From NCBI GenBank assembly GCA_000091205.1, contig AP006501.2: 64,000 nt of DNA; one strand, given 5' to 3'. The stretch is from Cyanidioschyzon merolae (lineage: Eukaryota). The translations under genes and the position numbers were made by a program. Each line of letters opens with the position of its first letter. The stretch's first letter is position 1. The notes below the pieces were generated by a model. It searched no databases, had not been told where the DNA came from, and saw nothing but the letters and a program-made list of their open reading frames with translations. This document shows positions 29,810 to 40,228 of this stretch, one piece after another.

Positions 29810-31150
29810 ATCAGGTAAGTCGCTCGAGAGCAGACGGTAAAGTCTGGGTACCTTTTCAGTATGATCGATACCTGCTTCCGCCGGCTATCTCTGCAGCTTG
29901 TGCGTTTTGCGCGCTCTGTGCTCCATCTTTCCTCATGCCGAGTGCTGCCGCTACCTCAACTCTATTGTCAACAGGCGAAGCATGGTGATGCCCACATGAA
30001 ATTCCCATTTTCGCAGCTATGGACTGCTATTCACGCATTTCATGCACAGGTGAAAGTTGCCATGCACACGTCGCCTGCCAAATTCATCTTCTCTGTCGAT
30101 CGAGTCGATGCACCCTTTGCGGCCATGATCCTTGCCTGCGATCAAGTGCGCTCCTGTGTCCGACGCACATGCTTCACCAAGGGCCGCTCTGTTGCACAAG
30201 AGCGCTCGCTTCACTGCTCGTTACGTGCACATGGTGGGTACGTAGCGCGCGACTCCATGTCGTGCTCGGGTTCCATATCCGGTGACGCACGCTACGATGA
30301 CGGGCATCTTCAGCGGAATCCCACGGCGAGCGGTTCTTCTCTGTTGCACACGCAAGCGAACGCTATTCCATTCGAAAGGGCGTTTGTAGAACGCGATCAT
30401 GGCCATGATAAAATAGGTTCCGGAAGGAAGACTCGGGCTCGAGAACAAGTCGCGCGTGCGCAATCCATCGACGCTCCGCCGGTGCGAAGCGGTAAATGAA
30501 CGGATGTATTCCGGAGGTGATCTCTGTGTGGTGACTCGAGTCCGACTCCAAGCCTCATTCCCATACATACAGAAGAGACGGCATCCTCTGGGCGCAAATC
30601 CTGTGACAGGTACGATGCGACTGCGGAACGCGCCTTCGACGTCAACCAGAAAGAGCGGAACATGCTTCTATCGAAGCAAATCGATTACTTGAGGAGACGC
30701 GTTGCGTGCACTTTCGGCATGAGCTTCTCTACGCACTGTCATAGGGTGGTATCGGGTTTTCTGTTGTTTCATCGTCGTTCCAGCGTCGCGAATCGCTTCG
30801 CTGTCGAGTAGCCTTGAACCGGAAAGATCGAACACGTGCAGCAGGCGTGATTTGAGGACGCTCGGCCTAGGGACAAGAGACGAGTGAAGGCCTCTACGTA
30901 TGCACCGCATCATGATATCGGTTATTTTAGGATCCGTTGTTGCGTAGTGTCGCGAAGCATCTTGGTTCGCGGGACGTCATCAGGATCATCGGCAAAGCGT
31001 CGAAGGTACCGCTCCGAAATGACGACCGAGCTAGAAGCCCTAAAAGCTACGTATGCACCCGTGAGCCTTCGCTGCTATATTTTGAATGTCAGGGCGGAAT
31101 ACCTATGAAAAGTTCCGGATATATTGACGGGGAGAAATACAGCGAGCTGT
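29810..31150 (+). repeat. IR-L, the left arm of a 1.34-kb inverted repeat that is near-identical (about 99%) to 45637-46975
   Basis: ORFs 29861..30499 and 30937..31329 are mirrored by 46288..47022(-) and 45389..45850(-). Position pairs sum to 76787 (29861+46926; 30937+45850). Direct DNA comparison puts the outer edge at aagtcgctcgagagcagacgg and the inner edge at ggggagaaatacagcga. There are about 5 amino-acid-changing substitutions across the arm. Confidence 0.8.
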
Positions 31151-31344
31151 TCTATTGCTCATTTCCATGTAACTCGTGTGGATGCAATACGAGTCACCAA
31201 CAACCGTTGCGCCTAGAACGGTCTTGGAACTGTTGCGCGCGGCTACAGTCCAGCGCAGCTACTCAGCTACCGCGAACGTTACGCTTGGCACGTATCGAGG
31301 CGAGTGATGCAGTCAACTTCGCCCTGTAGATAAAAGGAAAGGAT

Positions 31345-32148
31345 ATGGAGAGAGCGCGTAACACGTCAAAGGGCAAAAGAACGGCGTCGGGGTCGATGCC
31401 AGCGGCAAGCTCACTGGATCCCGCTTACGCCGTCATTCTCCCGACGTACAACGAACGGGAAAACTTGCCGTTTGTAGTTGAGTTGATACACCAAGCGTTC
31501 TCAAGCGTTAGTCTTGCGGATCGCTATCACCTTGTCATCGTGGACGACAACTCACCGGACGGCACGCTACAAGTTGCCCGGGCGCTGCAAAAGCTCTACG
31601 GGGAAGAGCGTCTGACGCTTGCCCCACGCAGCGGCAAACTCGGCCTAGGGACAGCGTATCGTCACGGACTACAAAGAGCACCGACGGCTTGCAGCAGGAT
31701 ATTTTTGTTCGACGCGGACCTTTCCCATAATCCACTCGCAATACCCGCCTTCATAGCGTGCATGGATAAGACCCAGGCGGATATCGTGACCGGTACGCGC
31801 TACCTGGGCACCGGTGGCGTCTGCGGCTGGGGCTGGAAGCGGAAAATCACCTCGAGCGCAGCGAACCTGCTCACGCAGTGGCTCTTGGACCCCGGTGTTA
31901 GCGATGTGACTGGAAGCTTTCGCCTTTATCGTCGCGAGGCATTGGAGCAACTCCTGGAGGCGGTGCACTCGCGAGGCTATGTGTTTCAAATGGAGGCCAT
32001 GGTTCGGGCGACTCGCCAGTTTCAATACCATGTCGCTGAGGTGCCCATTGTTTTCGTCGATCGAATGTGGTACGGCCAGAGCAAACTCGGCTACCGGGAA
32101 ATCGTCGAGTACCTTCTGACGTTGTGGCAACTCGTGTGGCTCGCGTGA
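31345..32148 (+). CDS. DPM1: Dolichol-phosphate mannosyltransferase catalytic subunit (GT2 family, short soluble type), 267 aa
   Basis: YAVILPTYNERENLP, VDDNSPDGT, DADLSHNP, and collinearity with the short form of DPM1 throughout. Confidence 0.85.
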   Translation: MERARNTSKGKRTASGSMPAASSLDPAYAVILPTYNERENLPFVVELIHQAFSSVSLADRYHLVIVDDNSPDGTLQVARALQKLYGEERLTLAPRSGKLGLGTAYRHGLQRAPTACSRIFLFDADLSHNPLAIPAFIACMDKTQADIVTGTRYLGTGGVCGWGWKRKITSSAANLLTQWLLDPGVSDVTGSFRLYRREALEQLLEAVHSRGYVFQMEAMVRATRQFQYHVAEVPIVFVDRMWYGQSKLGYREIVEYLLTLWQLVWLA

Positions 32149-32557
32149 ACGTCGCCTCTCTGCACTCGAACGTGATGCAGTTGCCGCATGCTGCCCTGGA
32201 ATCGAAGCACTGCGAGGCATGCTGGGATACCACATACAGCAGCGCGACGCCTATTCGTGGATTCGTGGACCGTACGGTCATCACTGACGCACCCATGAAG
32301 ACTGTACGATTCGGAGTCGGAGCGAGGCCTGGACGTCGCGTTCGTGGACTGCGCTTCGAACGTGACCGATGTAAGCGCGCGCCACCCGGACCGCCACTGC
32401 TTGCTGATGAGTTCCCAAGCGGCTCGTGTTCGGCCTTGGTTACGCAAGAGGCAGCCGGCAAGCGATCCTACAGACACGTCGCAGAGGTGAGAGGCTCGCC
32501 ACAGCGCTCTCGAGCGTGCACGCCGCCGCCTCCGCCGCCGCCGCGGCCTCCGGAGTT

Positions 32558-34162
32558 TCAAAGATGCAGCGTATCGTCTTGATCGATACGCTCACGTCCG
32601 TATCTTGTGCGCTGCAGCGCCTGGATGAGTGCTGAAAACGTGCTTCCTTGAGAGAGCACCAGTTTCTGCGCTCTTGAACAGGTCGCGAGATCGAAGAGCG
32701 TCGATCCCAAGTCGAAAGGCAAATTTCGTAACGTAGCCGGAATCGCCTGCTTCTCGAACAGCTCCGAAGATAGGATCACTTTTGAGGCCAGCTTGGCTGT
32801 TACGAGCGCTCGTTGAATAGACCTCGCCTCTGAGCGCGGCATATCTGTGACGAGCATCACCGGTAGACGATTTGTACGCAACGATTCACGCAGTCCAAGC
32901 GCGTCCAGAGCCGCTTCCACATCGTGCTGCTTCTTTGCGTTCTGGAATGCCTCGCGGAGGCGCGTGCGAAAAGCACCATCGCCACCGCGGAGGTGCACAC
33001 ATACAAACGCCGGGGATAGATGCCTCCACGAGTGCAACGTACGCCGCAGCAGTGCTTCTGCGATTTGCTCCGCCAGGTAGCCGTAGCGACCCCCGAGTCG
33101 CGGTGACATAAAGTCCAGGCGTCCACCGAAAGCACGCGAAGCAAGCGGCAGCTGCCATCCGCCGGTCCACGGTGCAAGCGTTCCAGCGTAATTCACGAAA
33201 TGAAACACCGAACCGAGGGCAATGACGGGTTCGTCACGGAGTCGTCGTTCGCCGTCGACACCGTTATGTAGCATCTCACAGACGCCATGAATCTGGGGTA
33301 CAGGGGCCTCTACGTGCTGGCGGCTCCGCAGCATCATTCGCCATGTCGCTGCAAAGGCACTGGGTGGTATCCAGTCGGGGGCTCCGGCCTGCTCGGCATC
33401 TGCACAGGTTAGCAGGCCGTGCGGCACATCGATGACAATGCGTACCTCGTGGCAACTGAAAGGCCACGCCCAGGTGCTGCGCTCCGCTTGTTTCATCCAG
33501 TCTCTGGCTTCTACTGCGCCCGCAAGGCTGCACCGCCTACGTTCCCATGCCACTGCCCGAGCGAGTGTTTGCGCTCCATCGACGCGACACGATGGAGACG
33601 CCGGGCCCGCGAACAGGTCCGACAAGTCGAAAATATCCCCGAATGCAATGTAGGTTCCCTTGCGATCCAGGTCCTCCCAGATCCTTCTATTCTGCTTGCG
33701 AAGAAAGGCGGCGCTGGCAACCGGCGCTACTTGCTCGCAAGACCCTAATTTGAGGGCAAAATGAGGCAGCACAGGTGGCACCACCAGTGTCCTATTCAGC
33801 ACCCGAGCAACATCAAACGCCGACACCAACTCCATAAACTGGTTTGCTAGTCCCGAGTGCGGAGCGTACGTCAGGAAACGCGTCGGAACGAAGGGCAGCG
33901 TAGGTTGACTTTGCGGCGCTGGAGTTGGCCCCTTGAGGTGCAGCAGGCCAGCGAGCACGTTTCCCTTCCTCGGTGCCTCCAGTCGAGGTTGCTGCTTCAA
34001 TACCAGAACTAGGCATAGAAAGCAGCCGACGATCGCCCCGAGGCTGTGGAGCAGCCGAGATCGTCGACCGAGACGCTCCCACAGGAGTCGTCGGAAACGC
34101 AGCTGCGTCCGCACTCGAGCCATGTGCAGGAGAAAACAAATGCTAGGCTCAACGACTTGCAC
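32558..34162 (-). CDS. O-fucosyltransferase-family (PF10250-like, plant-type GDP-fucose protein O-FucT) glycosyltransferase, 534 aa
   Basis: An N-terminal TM segment, then FLTYAPHSGLANQFMELVSAFDVARVLNRTLVVPPV, which matches the family hallmark NGGLNQ.R..I.D.V.VAR.LNATLV.P. Confidence 0.6.
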   Translation of the reverse strand: MQVVEPSICFLLHMARVRTQLRFRRLLWERLGRRSRLLHSLGAIVGCFLCLVLVLKQQPRLEAPRKGNVLAGLLHLKGPTPAPQSQPTLPFVPTRFLTYAPHSGLANQFMELVSAFDVARVLNRTLVVPPVLPHFALKLGSCEQVAPVASAAFLRKQNRRIWEDLDRKGTYIAFGDIFDLSDLFAGPASPSCRVDGAQTLARAVAWERRRCSLAGAVEARDWMKQAERSTWAWPFSCHEVRIVIDVPHGLLTCADAEQAGAPDWIPPSAFAATWRMMLRSRQHVEAPVPQIHGVCEMLHNGVDGERRLRDEPVIALGSVFHFVNYAGTLAPWTGGWQLPLASRAFGGRLDFMSPRLGGRYGYLAEQIAEALLRRTLHSWRHLSPAFVCVHLRGGDGAFRTRLREAFQNAKKQHDVEAALDALGLRESLRTNRLPVMLVTDMPRSEARSIQRALVTAKLASKVILSSELFEKQAIPATLRNLPFDLGSTLFDLATCSRAQKLVLSQGSTFSALIQALQRTRYGRERIDQDDTLHL

Positions 34163-35306
34163 GGCGGCGACTCGTCCAGTTTCGTGAGCGGTTAACCAGT
34201 TGCTGTTGCTGTTGTTGCTGTTGGCTCGGGGACTGCAAGTCGACGCTTTTATGGATATTTCAGAGTTGACCTGGGTATGATGGGCACAAAAGCGCTTGCC
34301 CGTGCAAGACCTGGCATCGGTGGAAGGCTCGATACCTGTCGCCTCGCACAGCGGAGCCGCTGCTCCTCGGGCGACGATCGCTTGGTGGCCTTTCCCGCTT
34401 TGGTGACAGCTGCAGAACGTTATGGAGAGAGGTTACATGGGAATCGCGGGCGACGGCGGTGGCGGCTTGTTGTTGTTGCTGCTGCTGCTGCTGCTGTTCA
34501 CGAGCAGTGCATACACGCCTGGCACCAGCGCGTTGGCGTTACAGTTGTCATCGCCCGCGGAGCTGCGTTCACTTTGAAGTAACCGCTGGTCCTGTTGTTG
34601 CTGTTCTCGAGGCACATCATCGGCTGGTGACCTGCCCAATCCGACCGGTGCCGTCGCTGGAAGGGTAAGAGTCAGCGACGTGGAGCGCTGATGGTGCCTC
34701 GCGAAACGCTAGCCAGCAGCGCACGTGCTGCGTTTGTGCCTGGCAGGATCGTTTTCATGACGTATGATGAAGCAGTTGTCGCTGCTTCTAGGAAGGTGGA
34801 TGCCTGCGTGCAGCTTCGCAGCTCGAGCACACTTGTTCGCCACAGACGACAAGCCGTTCGCACCAGGGATGACGCGTTGTCGCTGGTGCCTGTTGCAAAG
34901 CGTCGGTACACGTGCAACTGCTGATCGTGCTTTCGAAACTCGTTTGATGAAGGTTCTGGGTATTGCGGTGAAAAAAACACCCGAGTTCGATGCTACATCT
35001 TGAAACGACTGCATACTTGTTGTCGTCGACATGAAGCTGATGCGTGAATACAAGTACGCGACCCAAGCAGTTGCCAAAGCCGGAGCACCTGATCGAAAGC
35101 ATTCGCTTCCGCGTTGCAAGTCTGCAAGATGGACACGCGAATGGGTCTTGTTGGACTCGAAGCTCGCGTCGTCCATGACGGTGCGTAAACAGCGGGAGCT
35201 CAGGGCGCTTGTCAAGCTCGTCGATGGACGCACTTAGAGACTGCTGCACTCCGAGCAGCGTGCAAGCAGGATGTATGGAGCCTTGCGTCTTGGTTATATA
35301 GAGACG

Positions 35307-35324
35307 GGTGTGTGTGTGTGTGTG
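35307..35324. repeat. (GT)9 microsatellite just downstream of the ankyrin-RING gene
   Basis: gtgtgtgtgtgtgtgtgt is read directly from the sequence. Confidence 0.9.
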
Positions 35325-35401
35325 ACGCCTTGCATGCAACAGGCAGGTAGCGAGCTGGTGTATAGCAGGTTCTCGCGGTCCAGTTACGCGTTCGAGTCGC
35401 T

Positions 35402-38400
35402 TTACAGATACAGACGAATTCGCGATGTGATGGTCACTCGACACATGGGACACTCCGAGAGTTGCTCTGCGCATGGTTGACAAGTACAGTGTCCACAATT
35501 GTAAACAGTCCATTGAACGCATGGACCAGAATCAGCACACACGGCACATTCAGGTTCCATGTGTGCTCGAGTGTTATCGGCTTCGATGCTATGCGTCGAA
35601 CGCATGATGTCGGACTCGTCTAGCACCAGAACGCTGTCTGCCGCGGAGCGTGAACTATCAAACGGTGCCGAAGGGGCAGCAGATATCTCGGAATAAATGT
35701 CGCTACTGCTGCTTGCCCTCGAGTGGTGGAGGAGGCGGGAATCCTCGTCCTGGTCGGCACCTTCGGTATCCAGCGGTGGTGCACTTGCAGTTGCAGTAGA
35801 GCGCACCGGCCACCAGTCTCTGCTCAAGAGCCGGGGTAAAAACGCTGAACGTCGGTAGCTGGACGGCTGCGCACCGCTCTGGCGAAGCGACGTCGGCAAA
35901 AGCGTATCACCGTCGTCACCAGATAGCGCCGTCAGCTGGTTATCGAGCGATACCTCATTCGCGGCGGCAGGAGCGCAAATCGATGATGACGATGACGACG
36001 TCGACGGCGACAAGTGCTGGTGCGCAGCGCTTGCGGTTCTCGTGCTCGCCGAGGTGAGCACAGTCGCGGTGATACCATAACCATCAACACCACCACCAGT
36101 TACTTCCACATGAGATGATGTTTCCATCGAGTCGCCACCGCTCTGTGACGTGCTCGCGTTGGTGATTTGGGAGAACAGCGCACTGTTGTTGCTCGGCGGC
36201 GCAGGTGCGTCATCAGCAAGTTGTTGTTGCATCACAAGCGGATCGCTCTCAGCAGACCTGTTGTACCTGAATTCCACCATTGAGTCCCGATAAATCGGTG
36301 CTGTACTGAGCGAGGTCATGCTGGACCCTGTCGAGCTGGTGCCCCGCGCAGCCGACGGGGTGCGTTTGCGCAACAGCGGCGGCTGTGTGCTCGACGAGGT
36401 GCCTGCGTTAGCCTCGAACACGCCTTCGAACGTCCGATCCCCAAGATGAATGCTCCGCTCGTAGGCAAACGAGTTGCCGGTTTTCGTATCGGGCGTCGTC
36501 GCGTCCATGTTCTTGTACACATGAGAAGCCGATGCCGTCGGCTTCGACGTTTCTCCCGCTGAAACACCGTCGACGACGCCCATGCGAGCGCTGTATGCCG
36601 CGGCAAGTCGATGATTAGGTTCCCCAGCCAGCGCTGGAAATGCATTCTCGCAACCCGCTTGCCGGGCCTGACGCGTCCCCAACAACGAGGTCAGCACAAG
36701 GTGCGCCTGCGTCTGGCCGGTTTCGCGGGCGATATCCAGCGGGGTCGCCCCGCGGCTGTCGCGAGCGTATACCAGATCGCCTCGGGGAGCACCGAGCTCC
36801 ACAAGCGCCCGTAGCACGCTTTCCTGGGCGCCAGCTGCCGCTGCGACATGAAGTGGCGTCCGTCGGCGTCGATCACGAGCCCAGGGGTTGCTGCCTGCTC
36901 GTAGCAGCGCGAGGACAGTTGCGGCACCTGCATCCTGCTGCGCCAGCGCACAAGCGTAGTGCAGCGGCGTCTCGCCTCGGGTACCAAGGCCAATGGTGGC
37001 CGTTTCGAGCGCGAGCGCCCCTTGTTGACCGCCCCCAACAGCTTGTACAAACGCCTCGACGCCCTCGGCGTTTGCAAGCGCTGCAGCGGTATGCAGCGGC
37101 GTTCCGCCGTCAAGCTTGCGCCGGATATTCACATCAATACCCAGTGACACCAGACGACGAATGCAGACAACTGTGGCAAGGAAGTGACGATCCGGGCTCT
37201 CGTCGAGAACGCCGCTCAGCACTGCAAGTGAGCGGAGCTGCGCCTCGACAAGCGCCGCTCCAGGCGGCCGCACAAGGGCCGTGTTATTGGTGCTGGTATT
37301 GGTATTGGGATTGTTCGCGATGCTAGACTCCCACCAGCGCGTCGCCAGATGATGCATCAGTTTCCGCCCGATCACGAGGCGGCGCTGATCTTGAGGCAAG
37401 CGGGCTCCAAGCTGGAGAAGCCACAAGGCGAGGTCATAACGCTTTGCTGAAAACGCGATGGTTAGCGCAGTTTCACCGCTGTGGCTCGCCTGATCGATGA
37501 GCTTCGTTGGTGACAATGAAACCAGCAGGTTGCAGATGTCGGCGCGATTGCAGGTCGCTGCTGTATGCAGAGCGGTACGACCGGCACAGTCTTGCTGGAA
37601 CGGTGAGACGCCCGCCTCGGTCACGAGCCATAAAACGATGTCCGAATGCCCATACCGAGCAGCAACGTGCAGCACAGACGTGCCGTCGTGACGCGCGATG
37701 CTAGGCTTCGTCTTGCCCTCTTCGACCAGGAGACGCAACGCGACGAGGTGGCCAAACTTTGCCGCTGCATGCAGGGGCGTCCATCCTTCACCATTTGCGG
37801 CGCTTGGATCAGCACCATGCTGTAAAAGAAGTCGAATCATCTCGATGGAACCCTGCTCAGCAGCAATGTGCAACGGCGTCCATCCGCGGCGGGCACGAAC
37901 GTGTTGTGGACGGATTTTGCCCACTTCCAGAAGCAACCCGACAATCCCCAGCTGGTTTCCAGACACCGCAACCATGAGCGGCGTCCAGTCGTTGTGGTCA
38001 CGAGCGCGCGGGTCCGCGCCCGCTGCAAGCAGCATCCGACAGACCGCTTCGTGCCCGTTCCACGCCGCGATAAACAGCGGCGTCCAGCCGATGCTCGTGC
38101 GGCAGTTCACATCGGGCGGCGGTGCCGACTGATTGCGCTGCTCTGGGGAACGATATCGCAGCATCGCACGCAAGGTCGCAATGTGATCATTTTGCGCTGC
38201 TAAATAGAGTGCCGACGGGATGGCTCTTTCGCTTTCATCGAGCGTTGTGCTGGGTACGTCTCCTCTGCGCACTAGGCTAGGAATCATGCCAGACCTTCGC
38301 GAATTGTCGGTCGGCCCCGTCGTCACAGCGAGCTCTTTCCAAGCACCGAACTCGAGCAGCAGCTCCACAGCAAGCGTGTTACCGAAATATGCTGCCTGCT

Positions 38401-38935
38401 TGAGCGCGGTCCAGCCCGTCCTGGCTTTGTCTGCGCCCGGTTCGTTTCGATCCCATTCTCTGGTGAACGCTTCTAGGTTATCTCGAATCCAGCTGCGCAG
38501 CTCGGCGGCATCGGCAGGGCTGCTCGCTCGCTGCAATAAACCAGTCCAGCGGGGCGGTGCTTTGAGGGCGCTGCCCTCACCAGATGAAGGTTTGCGCAAG
38601 TCGTCACATGTCGAGGAGTGTTCCGCATCAGCAGCGTCATTCCTGCCATTTGAAGAGGCTCTATGCACGCCCTCGACCCGCAGACGTTGATCTTCACGTG
38701 TCTGGCGCCAGTTCGAAGGCTGCTGCGTCCGATCTGGTTGGGTTCGGTGCCACCAACGGAGACCCTGCGTGCGAAGAGGCTCCGCCCGCGAGTCCCGTCT
38801 CAGCGTTCCAGCACGCGGTCTTCGCGAGAGACCCTGCTCGGTGCGAGGCACCTCGGAGTCCGCTTCGTCTGTTGGCGCAAGAAGCTCGCGCCAGCGCAAA
38901 CAACGAAACATGGCCGGCGACGTGTCAAAGGTCAA
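35402..38935 (-). CDS. Ankyrin-repeat protein with a C-terminal C3HC4 RING finger (XBAT-like E3 ubiquitin ligase), 1177 aa
   Basis: More than 15 ankyrin repeats (G.TPLH.AA..GH...V..LL..GA motifs repeated). The C-terminal ECAVCADSGPCVQWTVYNCGHCTCQPCAEQLSECPMCR is a RING. Confidence 0.75.
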   Translation of the reverse strand: MTFDTSPAMFRCLRWRELLAPTDEADSEVPRTEQGLSRRPRAGTLRRDSRAEPLRTQGLRWWHRTQPDRTQQPSNWRQTREDQRLRVEGVHRASSNGRNDAADAEHSSTCDDLRKPSSGEGSALKAPPRWTGLLQRASSPADAAELRSWIRDNLEAFTREWDRNEPGADKARTGWTALKQAAYFGNTLAVELLLEFGAWKELAVTTGPTDNSRRSGMIPSLVRRGDVPSTTLDESERAIPSALYLAAQNDHIATLRAMLRYRSPEQRNQSAPPPDVNCRTSIGWTPLFIAAWNGHEAVCRMLLAAGADPRARDHNDWTPLMVAVSGNQLGIVGLLLEVGKIRPQHVRARRGWTPLHIAAEQGSIEMIRLLLQHGADPSAANGEGWTPLHAAAKFGHLVALRLLVEEGKTKPSIARHDGTSVLHVAARYGHSDIVLWLVTEAGVSPFQQDCAGRTALHTAATCNRADICNLLVSLSPTKLIDQASHSGETALTIAFSAKRYDLALWLLQLGARLPQDQRRLVIGRKLMHHLATRWWESSIANNPNTNTSTNNTALVRPPGAALVEAQLRSLAVLSGVLDESPDRHFLATVVCIRRLVSLGIDVNIRRKLDGGTPLHTAAALANAEGVEAFVQAVGGGQQGALALETATIGLGTRGETPLHYACALAQQDAGAATVLALLRAGSNPWARDRRRRTPLHVAAAAGAQESVLRALVELGAPRGDLVYARDSRGATPLDIARETGQTQAHLVLTSLLGTRQARQAGCENAFPALAGEPNHRLAAAYSARMGVVDGVSAGETSKPTASASHVYKNMDATTPDTKTGNSFAYERSIHLGDRTFEGVFEANAGTSSSTQPPLLRKRTPSAARGTSSTGSSMTSLSTAPIYRDSMVEFRYNRSAESDPLVMQQQLADDAPAPPSNNSALFSQITNASTSQSGGDSMETSSHVEVTGGGVDGYGITATVLTSASTRTASAAHQHLSPSTSSSSSSICAPAAANEVSLDNQLTALSGDDGDTLLPTSLRQSGAQPSSYRRSAFLPRLLSRDWWPVRSTATASAPPLDTEGADQDEDSRLLHHSRASSSSDIYSEISAAPSAPFDSSRSAADSVLVLDESDIMRSTHSIEADNTRAHMEPECAVCADSGPCVQWTVYNCGHCTCQPCAEQLSECPMCRVTITSRIRLYL

Positions 38936-39511
38936 GCCTCTGGGGTCAGATGCAGTTCCCCTGTGCAGCTGGACGGAACGTACGCCCTAAAGCACGATTT
39001 TGACGCGTTCAAGCGGTTGCTTTCGACGCTGTGGATACTGGCAACAGCCACGGCAACGCTCGCGCACCGCAAGAGGCAGCCTCCAGCGCCGTCACGCTCC
39101 AGCTCTGAGTCGTGATAGCTCGGTGATGATTACTCGACCGTACTCAACGTGCACAGCGGCCTCCAACTTTGATCGAATCAAACGCCAGGTAGCAATCAGC
39201 GACAACGTCTGGAGGCAACGCACAAACCTGTCGATAACTGCGCTCACCTTTGTGGACTCGACTGAACACCTGAATAACAAACACCAGCTATCAGTCAACG
39301 GCACTTCCCGGACACAAGGTACAAAGTACTCGATAAGCGGCGCCACCGGGTGCCAAGTCCGATTCGAACCTGGATCAATAAATACCAGATAAGAGAGGCA
39401 AAGTTTTTGCAAGCACAACGATCAAAGTGCTCGATAATAATAATGATAACGATGAGAATGATGGGAATGATGGGAATGGACCTCACTGATTGCCTCGGAT
39501 TCGAAACTGGA

Positions 39512-39579
39512 CGCCCGCGGCCGCGCCGCGGGCGGATGACACGCAGCGCGCGCCGCGAGCGTTCCCCCGCGGGGGGAAC
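39512..39579. other. Two strong GC hairpins that lie outside the repeat homology, at the GC-to-AT composition transition
   Basis: The first is cgcccgcgg-ccgcg-ccgcgggcg (9-bp stem, 39512-39534); the second is gttccccc-gcg-gggggaac (8-bp stem, 39561-39579). Both are perfect palindromes read directly from the sequence, and they lie 30-100 bp 5' of repeat copy X4. Confidence 0.5.
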
Positions 39580-39611
39580 CCCGGGTGCCGTGCGACGCCC
39601 ACGAAGTGATC

Positions 39612-40206
39612 TTTTTCGATAACAAGACGTTTATATGGACCATGGATCCTTTGTTGCTGGATCGGTAATGATATTCGAAAGAGCATCGATCGTAGTGATG
39701 CAGATCATTTCCAAGTTCCATTACTTTTACTTCCTTTCCGATATAATGGTCGTTTGTGCGTTTTCGCGTACCGCGAGTACCTGCAGTATGCATCCGCTTT
39801 AGCGCTTATAGCGCAGGTCAGGATACAGCACGGAGACAGAAGGGCTTTTCCGTACCACGAAGGGCGTCGGCTGGAGGTCTAGTTTGCCCGACACGGTGTT
39901 GGAGTCCATGATCATGCTGGGAGCCTGCAAGCTGCGCAGACGGACGCACTGCATGCGGCAGCGTGAATGGATATCGTAGGGGTCCACTACGACCAGGGCG
40001 AAACCTAAACGCAGATTACCTGCTCCTAGTCGCTGAAAGAACAGCGTTGCGAATGAGTTGCGCACATCTCTCCACAGCACCTGCCACTGGTCGGGAGCAC
40101 GAAGCACAAGCTCGGCTGACTCGTCCGGCTCGCGAGACCTTCGGCCTAGAGGGTAAACATTCGACAATATGGTAATCGTTTCCCCCGTTTAACGTATATC
40201 GTAACT
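39612..40206 (+). repeat. Copy X4 (full length, 595 bp) of the dispersed repeat family. It directly abuts (23 bp) the start of the island ORF
   Basis: It aligns along its whole length with X1 and X2, for example ccatggatcctttgttgctggatcggtaatg against ccatggatcccagaattcgggatggatggatg, and gggagcctgcaagctgcgcagacgg against gggagcctgcaagcttcgcagatag. Its 3' end is gtttaacgtatatcgtaactgg. Confidence 0.7.
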
Positions 40207-40228
40207 GGGGAAATAAATTGGTATTGGA

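Noticed and set aside
29861-30499. ORFs inside the inverted-repeat arms (29861..30499 / 46288..47022, and 30937..31329 / 45389..45850) as genes, for example a transposase
   Set aside because: No catalytic or DNA-binding motifs are recognisable. The composition is low-complexity and Arg-rich. The inner-edge ORFs diverge exactly at the repeat boundary, which shows they are boundary-spanning artefacts. Coding potential for an unknown protein cannot be fully excluded.
39340-39375. The gattcgaacc motif, which is the reverse complement of the tRNA T-loop consensus GGTTCGAATC, suggesting a minus-strand tRNA or tRNA-derived SINE head
   Set aside because: I could not fold the surrounding 75-90 nt into a cloverleaf in either orientation. 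The would-be T-stem arms are not complementary, and there is no acceptor stem.
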